Source: Balanoglossus misakiensis (lineage: Eukaryota; Animalia; Hemichordata). Taken from it: DNA of 64,000 bases. This document shows positions 1 through 13,309 of this stretch, one piece after another. The position numbers and the translations under genes are program-made. The stretch lies in NCBI GenBank assembly GCA_040954595.2, contig CM082576.2, positions 16,105,028-16,169,027 of the forward strand, written 5' to 3'. Within the stretch, counting starts at the first letter, position 1. Every line of letters begins with the position of its first letter. Below the pieces are notes generated by a model. The model searched no databases and was not told where the DNA came from. It worked only from the letters and a program-made list of their open reading frames with translations.

Positions 1-329
1 TGCGTTTCGACCGGCTCCGACAAGGTAAAAGCGTGCGTTTTAAATGGAAAGAGACAGACAGAACACAGCAGTCTCCGTCTGGTCAAAAATCCGTCGTCCA
101 CTGGACTTCCTTCCTCTTTGGTGAGCGCCCTCGGACGACAGAATTTTCAGTCTAGGCCAAAGATAATTTGTCATTGTGGTGCCCAGGGAAGTCGGTCAGA
201 TAAGAGGAGTCGGCCAGCACATAAAGTCGGCCAGTGGGAGAGAACCGTTGACACTTAACTTCGTAAATGTTTCACAACGAACTGATTCCTGGATAATTTC
301 TTGATGTACAGCAACTGACTTTTAACAAG

Positions 330-1290
330 ATCTAACAAAAAGAAAACATCCATCAAACAACTTCGAAAAGAGGATAGTTTGACCTTAAATGAACCCACGG
401 ATATTCTCAATGAAATGAAACATTTCTACTCAACTTTGTATTCTGAAGAAACTGTGGAAGTTCAGCTGAGCTAAATGACACCCTTCTAAAAAGCATAGAG
501 ACCCCCCCCCCCAACTCAATGAGGAAATGCAAGTAACTTGTGAGAAACTCCCGGGAGGAGTATTTAACATGATGTTCCCAATGAAGTAAAACAAAAGCCC
601 ATGCAGGTAATGACGACATTACTGTAGAATTCTGAGCTTTTTGGCCATCACTTGGGAAGTTACTGGTAGATTGCTTGAATTACGCATTTGAACACGGGGA
701 ATTCTCTGTCTGTCGGAGACAGAGGATGATCACACAAATAGAAAAAAACTGGACGCTTAATGCTAAAAAAATGGCGTCCAATCTCTTTAATGAATGTAGA
801 TATTAAAATTGCTTCAATATGCTTAGCAAAGCGCCTTGAGAAAGTTCTCCCGAGTTAATCGGTCCAACACAAGCAGCTTTCGTGAAGGGCTGCAACTATA
901 TGTAAGGCTCATGTAAGGCAAATTTATCAGTATACCAGAGAACATGGGAGCACTACTTTTCGCCATAGACTTCGAAAAAACATTTGATACTGTGAGCTGG
1001 TTCTATTTATTCAAAATTTTGGAGAACTTCCGACATTGGTTAAGGGTGTTGTATACTAACAGTGAAAGCTGCGTAATGAACGAAGGATTCAGTATGGGGT
1101 ACTTCAAATTGGGAAAGGGGTTAAGGCCCGGGGTTAAGGCAGGGAGACATATTGACTCCAATGCTTTTTATGCTTGTTTTAACTTTCCTGGTTTCAATAA
1201 AGTCAAACAAATACATTTCTGGCATCACCATACTGGGGGAATAAATTAAGGAAGCTGATTATGCAGATTACCTGACCTTGCGTCTGCCGG
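330..1290 (+). pseudogene. Decayed L1/Tx1-clade LINE ORF2 (reverse transcriptase) fragment
   Basis: Frameshifted or stopped RT motifs in order: KWRPISLMNVDIKIASICLAKRLEKVLP..IGPTQAAFVKG (~765-890), LLFAIDFEKTFDTVSW (ORF 944-1249), a RQGD remnant (~1135-1150) and YADY in place of YADD (~1260-1271). Confidence 0.8.
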
Positions 1291-1707
1291 GGTGCTATTC
1301 AAGTTAAACAATTTTCATGAATGCTCAATATTGTTATTTTTGCGATAATTGATGTATGTACGAAGTAAAATACTGATATACTTAATACTAGTCACTAGTA
1401 TTAAGACTGGTTACATTAAAATTACCCAATAAAAATACTTTAAATACAAAAAAAGAATTTAAAGTTTAAGAAAATAACAATACTATATGTCATAGTTCAT
1501 ACTTTTACAAACAGTGTTTACACTATTCCAACTACCCCAGCCAGCTGTCCATCAGGGATATGACCTTTTAATTTGACCTTTTGGAATGGAATCTCACAAC
1601 GCAGAAGAAATGCACTGAGCTAAAGTTCCCAGCTCTCTGATACATACAACGTTGGGGAAAACAGCACTACAGGCTGCAAGTGACTTTGGGCTCTCTCCGA
1701 CGACGCG

Positions 1708-2992
1708 ATGTGGCTTGTGAAATTGGCAATATTTTGGTTCTTAATTTCTCTGGTTGGTGGTGAACCGGACAGAAATCGTATATACTGTAAGTTATGAAAA
1801 ATATTCTTCAGCTTTTACCGCCTTCCTATCGCTGTTTTAGTTACCGAAAAAGTTTACCACTTCGGCAATTGTAAACTGATAAAATTGCCCAGAAAAATAA
1901 CAAAAAATGATGTCGGATAGTGATAATTGTATTATTTCTGACATTATTTCTGACTAAAATGGGCGTTTTGTCGGTACGTTGCTCTTTCCGTACAAAAGTC
2001 ATATGCATTTTTCGGTACAGAGTTCGAATATCAAGAGGTGACGCAGCACAGATACAGTCATCACAAACCATAAACAGGGAACGAAGCAGTGACGCGAAAA
2101 ATATGTCCTGGGGCTTTATTATAGAATAGTGGAACTTTAATTTAACTTTAATTCACTGCAAATCAAACACAGACACCACTTTGTGTGGGAAACACTTCTT
2201 GTCTTATGAAGACGGTCAATGACTGTTTATGCAGTACTTCAGTGGGTCACCCAGAGTTTACATTGATTTGGACTATGGTTGTGAATAACGACGTCAAGAA
2301 ACTTGAGCACACGAGACTACTGGTAGTCCTGGAAAGGAACTTTAATAATGGAATGATTGTGGGAATTGAACACGCATTTAGGCACATTACATGGTCGCTG
2401 TATAACTACATGTACTCAAAGGGTTACACCAGTTCAAGTGCTATATTATAAGCATTGCAATCTATTGTAGATGGAATCAATGAGATTCATGGGAATTTAA
2501 AGGCTTCCATCAAGAAAAAACAAGATTCCCCCTTCCCGGAAAATGACTCACAGTGGTCTGTGTCATCTCATAGTTAGTATCGACTGACATTATTTAGAAT
2601 CTTTAAGAAAAAGCCCCTAAAAATAAACGAAAGCTTTACGATTTGAATTCTTAAGTAATGACAACGTAGTCGTTTTTTCGTTGTCTCCCACGGGACTGTG
2701 TACACAAGCTGGCCAATTGCTTCGTGACCCTTGCGTGACCCCTGTGTGAATATACTCCCTGCAGTTACGTTCGGGTCAGTTCTAATTCTGGAACAGCCAC
2801 TCATATCACTCAAGTTGTTTATAAATCAAGCTGATATTGTTGTGGTATTTTATATTTTTTGGAGGTGGTAGCTGTAATTCTCAACACGGAAAAGTAATTC
2901 ACTCCACAGAATAGTCTTCACACGGGGGCCTCATTCTAATAAATAAATAAATAAATAAATAAACTAATAAACAAACTAATAAACAAACAAAC

Positions 2993-3023
<31 letters not shown>

Positions 3024-5781
3024 TGTATGTATGTATGTATGTATGTATGTATGTATGTATGTATGTATGTATGTATGTATGTATGTATGTATGTATGTAT
3101 GTATGTATGTATGTATGTATGTATGTATGTATGTATGTATGTATGTATGTATGTATGTATGTATGTATGTATGTACATGTATGTATGTATGTATGTTTGT
3201 TTGTTTATTTGTTTGTGTGTTTGTTCGTTTATTAGACTGAAGCACCCGTGGTTTGCAGCACGCCCGTCCATCTCTCGGAAGAGTTGATTTTTCAAAGGGT
3301 CACAGGGCTCTGAGCACAAACCCTTCTGAAAAGTCAACTCTATCTTTGTCTCTTTCTATGTGTATATGTATGTACGGTTCATGACTCCCCCCCCCCCTCT
3401 TCCCTCACATTCTAGCCTGCGCATCACCATGTTTAGAATGCAACCACCATGAAGGCTGTCAACTCTGTGACAAGACCTCTCATCTGTATCAGTTATCAAC
3501 AGGGTAAGGCAAATTTAAAATCTACCAGTATATTGTAAGACAATACTTATTTAAGATGTAATCGCCAGGAAGATATTTAGGATGAATTGCAGATCACAAT
3601 TCAGAATGAATATACCAGATATGAACTGAATATGCTTACGCATGCGTGTTTTGATAAAGACTGATAATACGCAAGGGGTGAACCATTTAATATGGAAGGG
3701 GGGGGCAAAGGAAACGCATCTAAATGCAGTATTTTGCCATGATGGCAAATTATCTTCCAAATATACTTGAAACAGAATTAATCTGAGTGGTGCAAAGCAA
3801 AGTTTTTATAGCAAAACTAAATGAATACAATCAGAATCTATAGCTTGTTTTTAAAAGAATCATCGCAAATAGAAAGGATACCAACAAGGGTTTACTGACA
3901 ACATCAACTACACCCACTTCTGTGATTACATTTTATATAATTTGAAAGATATTGGATGACATCGGAGGAAAAATGCCATCATCTGAGGCGATCTATGTCA
4001 AAAGCACCCCAAACCACGTTGACATGAACTTAGGTAGACCAGTTGTCAAAGGCATTGTTTAAATATCATTTTTTAATTTTCATGTGTGGCTTAGATATGG
4101 AGTGTGTCTGGGAAGCTGCCCCATTGGTTATTATTCCCACCATGGACTGTGTACAGGTGAGGACCGACCTACAATATTAGGGACCGTTCAGTTTTTACGG
4201 CCGGGGGGGGGGGCGGCAAAATCCAAGGGGGGTCACTTAAATTTTGAAGTCCAAAAGGGGGGGGGTCATCTGTTTTTTGTAAACGTTTAGGGGGGGTCAC
4301 ATACTTTTGCCACCGAACTTTTACTTTTGAGTCCACAAAATTGCAGTTTCGCGCCCTTTATTTTACAAAATTTTCTCATGTGGGAGGGGGACACCCACCC
4401 CCTTCATTCTCCGCCACATTTCGTTTTTTGCTGGTTTGTCTAGTGCACCGGGCCGGGGCAGACTTCTTGCCACCCCACCCCGATGCTTACTTTGAGTGAA
4501 GTGCCAAAATTTTAATTTGTCCTGCCTAACATTGAGTTAATTTGCTTTTGAGTTCATTAAAATGCAACTTTGAGCACCGTATTTTACAAATTTTTCTTAT
4601 GTGGGAGGGGGACACCCCCTCCCAAGCCCACCCCCGCCACTTTTCTTGTTTTACCAATTCTACCAACTATTGTATTGACTTGTCATTTTATTTTGATCAT
4701 AGATTTCTTTATTGCAACGATATACTATTATATACTTCAATTACTTTTAAGAAATTTATAATTGAGGTGTGAGAAGCCTCATTCCCTTTATTGCATACTG
4801 TGTACATAGGATCAGGACGGCGAATGTTTTCATATTTTTGGGTCTGTCAAAGGGGGGGGGGGTCATCATTTTTTGGTGCTGGGTGACGGGGGGGTCGGCC
4901 TGATTTTGAAAACCGATGACACAAACTTGCCGCCCCCCCCCCCAGCCGTAAAAACTGAACGGTCCCTTAGTTTGCTGATCACACATGAACCTGAAAAACA
5001 TAGAAACCATTTGACTGATACCAGTAAACAGGAAGAACTGTCTGATACATTACAGGGGTTTAAATGTGTTTGAAAGTTAAATAGCTGGGCACAGTAGTGT
5101 TTTTTCCCCTTCAATTGACAATTAGGGACTGGTCAGTTTTTTCAGTCGGGGGGGGGGAATTCATGGGGAGGTCACCCTATTTTGGAATTGGGGGATGGGG
5201 GACATCGGGGGGGGGGGTCACTAAATTTTCCATGTTCAATGAGGAGGGGGTGTCAGTCACTTTTTGATATGCACAAAATAGAATCCACCCACCATGGACG
5301 AAGGAACTGACCAGTCCCTTATTTAGGTGTTGTTGTTTTTTGCCTAAGGGACTGTTCAGAATTTACTTCCAGGGTGGGGCCGAAGTTTTTTTTATTTTCC
5401 TGGTGATTTTTTTCTATGGTCCCCCCTAAAGGATTGTGATTTTTATGTCTGGTCCATCCTAATATTTCTTGGAGAAAATGGGTGGTCCCCCCAGAAAATC
5501 CTCCGCCCCCCCCCCCCTGGAAGTAAATTCTGAACAGTCCCTAAACTCAACCATAACACGCAGGCATTGTCTCTTTTCCCCTAATAGGCTGCACCATGAA
5601 TGACTGTTTGAGTTGCAGCAATGGATATGCGTGCAGACGTTGCAAGTATCCATACAAGTTGTACAACTCAGCTTGTCTCACACACTGCCCTCAACCAATG
5701 CTATCCGTCAGATACAGTGGTTATGGAATCATTTGCCGCATGCCCAGTAACAACAACGGAACAAATGATGTTGAAGACTGA
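1708..5781 (+). CDS. RSPO: Secreted R-spondin-like protein, furin-like domains FU1+FU2 only (140 aa, 4 coding exons)
   Basis: Exons 1708-1786, 3416-3503, 4095-4156, 5588-5781, all GT-AG with compatible phases (423 nt). Protein: MWLVKLAIFWFLISLVGG (signal) EPDRNRIYSCASPCLECNHHEGCQLCDKTSHLYQLSTGYGVCLGSCPIGYYSHHGLCTGCTMNDCLSCSNGYACRRCKYPYKLYNSACLTHCPQPMLSVRYSGYGIICRMPSNNNGTNDVED*. The Cys spacing and GVCLxSCPxGY motif match R-spondin FU1/FU2. AATAAA at 6192. Confidence 0.75.
2935..3236. repeat. (TATG)n microsatellite (~2994-3195) flanked by inverted AAAT/AAAC and GTTT/ATTT simple-repeat arms
   Basis: Read directly. It explains the spurious MYVC/HTYI ORFs. Lies in intron 1 of the RSPO-like gene. 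Confidence 0.95.
4180..4966. mobile_element. PIF/Harbinger-like MITE
   Basis: TIRs gggaccgttcagtttttacggc ... gccgtaaaaactgaacggtccc, with a TTA target duplication on both sides. Confidence 0.85.
5125..5318. mobile_element. PIF/Harbinger-like MITE
   Basis: TIRs gggactggtcagtt ... aactgaccagtccc, TTA TSD. Confidence 0.8.
5348..5541. mobile_element. PIF/Harbinger-like MITE
   Basis: TIRs gggactgttcagaatttacttccaggg ... ccctggaagtaaattctgaacagtccc, TAA TSD. Confidence 0.85.
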
Positions 5782-6396
5782 CATTTCGCAGACAGTTGCT
5801 CCATCCACACTTGGACACTTCCAAGCCATTTCTAGTCTCGAACACTTTTCCAGTGAGGGGTCTGTTTCATGCTGACCCCATTGCAGGAATTTTTTTGTCA
5901 CTTCTAAGCCCGCTTCTAAGCCACATAGTGTAAATTTCATAGGTAAATACTCTCTTCCTTATCTGAACAACCAAATTGCAACCAATCCCTACTAATATAT
6001 TGGGCAAATGGCACCCCTCTAAGATAGGATTGGGGTATATATCTATCTCCCCTAGAAGGTGTTTTATGAGCTTTTAATATTCCTTCATGAGTTCTTCTTT
6101 GATGGGCAAGTACAAATATTATCTGATCCTGTTTTGCGACCACTACTTAAGAAGTCTTGATAGGCTGTATTCAAGTTAAAAACCGACACCAAATAAAGTG
6201 TAACTTCACTTTCTCAGTTTGTTGTAAGTAGGTGAATTGACCGGTGTAAAAATTTCAATGAAAGATAAAAAAAAACTCAACTTTCCTCAGTTTTAACAAC
6301 TGTTACAATGAATTAATCATTTTAACACTTAGGCTGAATCCAACATGTAATGCAAAAATAAATTTTTGGGTGAAACAAAAGTCAACAGTCTGCGTA

Positions 6397-6489
6397 TTAA
6401 ACTTGTCACCACCATAGTTTAGTCCAAACCCATTGTTTTCTATCGTTAAAGTTGGATCTCTATAGAGGTAAATGAGGTGAAAGGGTTAA
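6397..6489. mobile_element. ~90-bp TTAA-flanked piggyBac-like MITE (copy 1)
   Basis: Shares the agtccaaacccattgttttc core and the ggtgaaagggttaa end with copies at ~25299 and ~61737. Confidence 0.6.
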
Positions 6490-7878
6490 AATGAAAATAC
6501 AGTTTACCTTCACTCAGTCAACTGACGGGGGTGGGGGTGGGGGCTCTGCTTGACAAGGAGTATGAATTATCACTGGTGTGTGGGGCTTTCACTGTGACCT
6601 ACTGAGGGCGCTGTTTGAATACCATGGGAACCATAACAAAACTTGTGAGATAGCAGTATCAATTGCTTGGTGTGATTTGGCAAAGGTTCACTATTTGTAT
6701 GACTGGTTTCATGGACTGCATTTCTCTTGAAATCAATTACGTTTTGATGGAAATTTCAGGAGTCAACTCATACCCTCTCTATTATGCAAGACGTAAGGTG
6801 GAGTGGTATATTTATGCAGTCCATTCATGAGTAAGGATAAGGACTTATTATCAATGGTGAAGTCTTGTATGTCAGATTGTGTATTATCTACACCTCCCCC
6901 ATGCCAACCTTTTACAAATTGAACTTTTGAATACAATGCCGCACACACACACACACACACATGCGCGCGCGCGAGTACACGCACACACACACATACACAC
7001 AATGACATCATAATATCACTAAAGAAAGCTGTAAACACTTTTATAGTAAGAACAGAGCATGTGTTGTCCTTTCATGTCAAATAGATAAAAAGTCCAATCA
7101 CATTATTGAGATATGTAAAACTTCAAAATTCATTTTCACATAATATACATGTTACACGTATATACTACCAGTTCATCAAAATGTATTGTTTGTAATTTGG
7201 TATTAAATACAGGCATTTTACACCTCTGTACAAATTTTATAAAACATGTAAAAGGCAATAAACAGTTATACAATATAGTTTACAATTTATCAAAAATGAA
7301 ACTCCTTGTATTCCTTTGTATCTCAACAAATTTCTGTGAAGTTCAACTTAATTGCAAGTATAGCCGACAGCTCTCGTTGCAAAATGTTCAATATCATTAA
7401 ATATCACATTGTATTTTACATATTTATGTTTGTTCACAGATAAAAATCGTGGACGGAAAATAAACAGCACTGCACAATTTTTTTCCTTGGCTGATAGGTT
7501 TGCAATCAATTTGCAATAGTCATTCAAATCTGCACACTAGAGACATGAGGATGAATTATAGTCATTAAAGGTCAAATTCACTAACAGTAGCACTCTGGAA
7601 TGTAAACAGAAAATTATCATCCACACTTCTGTTATCACATATCTGAGGCAGCATGGCACAACCACAGATATAATGTCTTTCAAATCAAGGACAAACTTTC
7701 ACATCCTTGTACATGTAGCTGTCATAGGGGTGTTGATAGCATTGGTTCTCGGGGTTCACCTCCAGTACTGCAAAAGTTATTTTTTTTTGGCTGGCCATCT
7801 ATGTGATTGTTCATGATTTTCATGGCTGTCACCGTTCAGCATCAAAGAGCTGTGCCGACCGATTTCACAGAAAACATT

Positions 7879-10800
7879 TCAAAACAGAGGAGGACTGAAA
7901 CTTTTCTCTTCGGTGTGTGCACTATTCAGGGAAACCTTTCTGCTACTTCCATTTCTTCTCCCAGTACTTGGCGGATGCGGTGTTTGTTTACTTGTGAATG
8001 ATGATGACGCGCTGCTTCTGACTGATGCCAATTCTCGGTTCCGTTTCCAACTTTCTCGGGAACGTCTCGCTCGTTCCTCTTCCTCCTCTTCTGCCAGCAG
8101 CTGTTCGCGTATCTCGGCATCGTTCTCGTAATCGAAATCGGACGACTCCACCAGGGTGTTGGCCGAGTCCGATCTCAGAGTGGACGTCTCCGAGGCGGCC
8201 CGGGAAGCGGTCGCTCGCGGATCCGACCGCGAGACGCCGACTTTCGCTTTCTTTGTGGACTGGAAGCTCCTGGCGCTCGTCTTGAGACTGGACGCTTTGG
8301 ACGGCGGCTTGGGCACCGGTTCCGGAGTGACCGGAGTGCCGTGACTGTGCGCCTTCGAGCTCGGACGGGAATCGAACGCCGACTTGGAAATCCGCAGCTC
8401 TTTGATACTCATGCCCGATTCCGTTCTCAGATGCGAGCTCGCGCGCGAATCAGTCGACGGCGTTCCCATGTTTAACGCTCTCAGCTCGCTCTCTAGACTT
8501 TCATCGTCATTCAGGCCGAATTCATCATCTTGATCATCGTCCAAATCCGACTCTATGTCTTCTTCTGGATACTCCTCTCCATCATCGTCCAAAGGCGTCA
8601 TATCACGCCACCTGTCGCTTTCCAGAACTGACGCCATTCTCCTTGCAACACTGTCTTCTTCCAGGTCTTCTACTATTGGAGGTTCATCCTCAGCCTCATC
8701 ATTTCTTGGTGTTTCCTCCCCCTCCCCCTCCTCCTCTACTTCGTCCTCATTATCAACCAAACTCTGATCACGACCATCATCAATGTTTCTCTCCAATTCA
8801 TCCCGCCTGCTACGCCCTTCATTAATTCCAGGCGTTGGCGTCTTGTCACAGTCGGGGTCACCCAGACTGTCTCTCTCCGTAGAGCTGTTTCCTCGACTCT
8901 TCTGGGCTCCCCTACTTGGCAGTTTCCTTCTCGGTGTAAATACTGTTTCTCCTAGTCCCGAGGAACCGAGATCGCTGTCCGAATTCTCTGTAAATGCTCC
9001 ATTGTCAGTGAGATTGTAGTCTCTTGGAGTGACCTCTGATAGGTCTGTTGTCATGGTGTTGTCGTTCTGACTGCATCTGGACATAGCTCTGGAAGTTGCT
9101 CTTGGATTCAGCAGAAGCTCTTGGATAGTGTCAGTCGACACAGACTCCACGGTCATATCTGAGGAACAATACAGACACATGTCATATTTCATTCTTCGAT
9201 ATCAAATGATGTCAGACGCGCTCAGGTGCAGTTACATTGGCATTCAAATTTCCAGATGACGGGCAACTTCAGCTACGTGGTGCAGACAAAGACCGTGCAG
9301 ATGAAACGCCATGAGGCTGATGAGGCACCGTGCCTGATACATTTTACATCTAAGGTACAAACATACTCTGAAAAACTTTTACTGGATGCCGAAATATTGC
9401 TTGCCCGTCACCTGGAAATGACAACGCCGTGGGTCACCTGGCCAGATCACGTGATTGATAGTAAAGAATTAATTGTTTTAATTGCAGAATCTGAACCAAA
9501 ATTGCAGTGATAGTGGCCACATGTACAATATATTCAAATGTGTTGCACTTGGAGTCTTTTCCTCGTTCAGGCCAAACTCTAGAACTGAAGGGTACTGAGG
9601 ACTGTTGGTGCAATGTGTATGCTGGGAAATTCTGTACACACTGGGATATTGTGTTATGAAAAATAGTAGTGAAGGTGTTACGATAATGTTGTAGAATCAC
9701 TGATCAAGTTTGAAGTGGAAAATATAGGAATGAGACACCAACATTCAAAACAAAAATTCAGCTAATGTGACCTGATCAAAAGACTCAATCAGAATGGCCA
9801 TTGCCTACATAAGTTTTGTATCTTGTGGATGGATAAAGACCTATGTGTACGCGTTCCTAACTTATTACTACTATACTTTCAAAAGTCGTGTGAAGTAATG
9901 GTTGAATGTGAGTCTGTGTCTCACATCAGATTTGTTTCAGCCTATCTTTTTCATTGCTTCGACATATTATATCTTTTTTGTTACCCATTTTTTAATTGCA
10001 TCAATGTCATCACTTAAGTTACAAAAAAAACCCTGAATACATGACTGTTTTGCCTACCTTGCTCATTGACATTCTCAATCATGTCATTTTCGATTGAACT
10101 GTCAGTAAATGCAGAATCTGACCGATCCTCCTCTCTGACCATACTCAGTCGACTGGTGATCTGCAGTTCCTTCCTGGCATCCTCTAGAAGCCGCCTCAGG
10201 GTGTCTTCTGGTAGACGTGGCGGGTTTGTGGCCACGGTGCTGACTGCAAGAGGGGATGTGCTCTGACTGGGTGACCTTGGCGACATCGCTATGGCGTCGG
10301 TTTCTTCAGTAGCACGAGAACTGACTCTTGAACACAGGTCGAGTAAGTCTTGAAGTTGCGAGTCACTCAGTCTGGGGTACTCGATCTGTTAAAAATACGA
10401 CAAAGAAAATAGCCTCAAGGACACTGTGCTACTATTTGGGGACAATTGGTACATTGAAACATGAAATAAAACTGAAATTTATCATGTAAAATATGTTCCG
10501 TTTTATGGTCAATTACTGATGAAGAACCCATCATCATCAGGGAGCTCTAAGACTCAATAATTGTCAATTTTATCTAAAATACATTCTTTGCACATATGCT
10601 TTGACTGTTATTTCAACCCTTGGTGATGGATTGGGTTGTGTACATAGTGAGATGTCACAATGAGCAGAAAATACATCTATTTCAGCACACCCTGTCCACA
10701 CCAAAACTGAACTGACCAGATGAAGATGTTGAGAGACGAAGAAAGATTATGAACTCACCTCACTCTCCACACGCAACTGCAGATTTGTCAACTCATTTTC

Positions 10801-13256
10801 AATCTCCTTGAGTCTTGTCTGTTGGTCTCGAGATTCCTTGGTGTCTCGCAGTGCTCGCTCACCAAGCTGCATTAAATCCAGGGATTCTGCGTATTCCTTC
10901 CGTGAAAAACTGAACTGAAATGACATATAAGCACCATTAGCTTTAACTTTTTTTGCTATGTTTCAATGTTTTTATTTTGTGTATTTATTGCAGTTTCTTG
11001 TTCAAATTCTTGAAATACCCAGCATTTAGTTGATCAACACAACGTATATGTGTATAGTCAGCAATGTTATTGCGCAGAATTTGAATTCAAGTCAGGACTA
11101 GAATTCATTTGTCAACAATAAAAATGGCTATTACATGCATACAGGCTATGTTGACAAGTGGAGTGCTGGGTATACCAGCACGCTGTTTGGAGTAGAGCAA
11201 GAAATTGCATTTGACACACAGAACAAAAATACTGGAAATATAGCCAAATGACACTCAACAAGAATACAGTATTCTACCTCAGAGTTGCTGAAATTGTCAT
11301 GTCTTGGTGTACTGCAAATAGACTCAAAATCTTCTCGGGGCAGCAAAGCTTGCAACTTTGCATCGATTTCATTAATGGCTTTCTGTTCTTGCTCATCTGG
11401 ACGGAAACCAAGACCGGGTGCAATTTGCAGTTGGAATGGATTGAAGTTTGTATTCTGGAGAGAGAACAGATAACACACAAAGTTGATTGACAGGCACAAT
11501 AGAGGTGCATGCTTGTCTGTCATGAGTAGTCTACAAAATAATGGCTGGAAAGACTAACAATTGTCAAATCAGTCTCATTACTTTGCCCCAAAATTTGTGG
11601 CATTAGATCAATTCAGTCTTCTCTTAAAGCCTCTAGAACTGCCACTTTTTGCATTATTTTCATGATTTTATTTTCCAACTTAAATTGGTTCATCAAAATA
11701 AGCTCACTGATAGGTATACATGAACACCTTATTGATGCCCCATTGTGACTGCATATAGCAATTTGAAGACGCTATATTTTAAAATGGTGCCACACAGATT
11801 TAATCAGCTTCCATACAGACAGCACGCAGCTATCGTGGTATTTGTCGCCAAGAGATGACAAACTGATGTAAATGCAAGTAATATGGCTTACTGGTGAGGA
11901 TTTTAGAGGATAGGGAATATACTTGAAGTATTTTACTGTTGGAAAAATATGTAAAATTTGGCAGCTGTAGGGGCTTTTAGGGAAAGCATGTGATAGGTGT
12001 GTGACCAATTGATGAGATCAAATGAGAACATTCATAAAGATGTGTCACCTCCTCATCTTCTTCTTTCAACATTTCAACATCACCTAGCAATTCTTCTAAT
12101 CTCTTCTTCTCATCATCAGTCATTGCAATCACATTGCCAGCATCAGAAGCAAGCTACAAAACATAAAAATATGGCATGGGAGCATAAAAATGATATTCCA
12201 TTGTATCTTTACGACAAATGTAGTAAAAACAATGACACAGCCACTGTACAGTAAGATTCACAAAATGTGGTGAATTACCTTTAGGTTTATTGGTGATAAA
12301 GACACAAATTTATAATTATCGAAATAAGCAAGCTGTAACTTTTCACTATTTTTTTCAGTATTTTTGTGTTGTGCATCTACAACAGTTTCTTGTTCACATT
12401 CCTGAAGAAACGCCCAGCATTTGGCTTATCGACACAGCCTTTATGTGTATAGCCGTCAGCACTTTTACGTGCAAAAATGAATTCAAATTCAGACTATAAT
12501 TAATTTGTCAACAATGGTCGTTACACACATACATTTGTAAGCCAGCTGTTTGGAGTAGAACAGGAAACTTCATTTGATACATGGGACAAAAAAATCCTGA
12601 AAAGCCAAAAGTTACAGCTGGTGTCCCTCTAATAAACAAGACAGTGTTAAACGCCTCATATGATAGTACAGTCATATTTTACATGAAGTGTGCGAAAACT
12701 CACAGTGGCCTGCTGGTGGCCAGAGTGAATGCTGAAAACTGTAAAAGTTAGTTACTAGTACTTTTTCTATATTTACATACAGTCAAACCTAGTGGCCACC
12801 TTTATATAGTGGCCACTTTATTGCAGTCCCTGTGCAATTTACATGCACATTAATTGACCTGTCTATAAAGACAACCTGTCTATAAAGGCCAGTTTCAGAA
12901 AGTCCCTCGACTGACCACTATAGACAGGTTTGACTGTACTTACATCAATATTTCTCTGTATAAAATCAGGTCCCTCATTCTTATGCAGTCCTGTATCAAC
13001 TTTTGCTGATTTCGCTTTATTCTTCTTCTTGCCGCGAACGCCTGCTGAGTTCTTTGTGACGCTTGATCTGGAATCTCGGCTACGAGCGGACGCCTGTGAT
13101 GATGCCCCTGAATGCATAAAGGGAGAAAGACTTTGTGCTTTAAGAAAATCCTGGTTGTAATATTCTTGAGTTTTTCAGATTTTCAATTTGTACCTTCATT
13201 AACATGTGCATCATATCATCTCCCACCTGTGACCATCATCATTACCATCATCACTG

Positions 13257-13309
<53 letters not shown>

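Noticed and set aside
2185-2560. 88-aa ORF in RSPO-like intron 1 as a gene or transposase remnant
   Set aside because: No recognisable motif or supporting splice pattern.
2936-3337. ORFs of repeated HTYI / MYVC
   Set aside because: They are translations of the (TATG)n microsatellite.
5740-7000. Possible downstream TSP1 exon for the RSPO-like gene
   Set aside because: No strong donor before the stop at 5781 and no WSxWSxC-type exon seen before the convergent FSIP1 3' region.
9226-9510. 94-aa plus-strand ORF or extra FSIP1 exon
   Set aside because: No homology cue, and the FSIP1 model is in frame without it.
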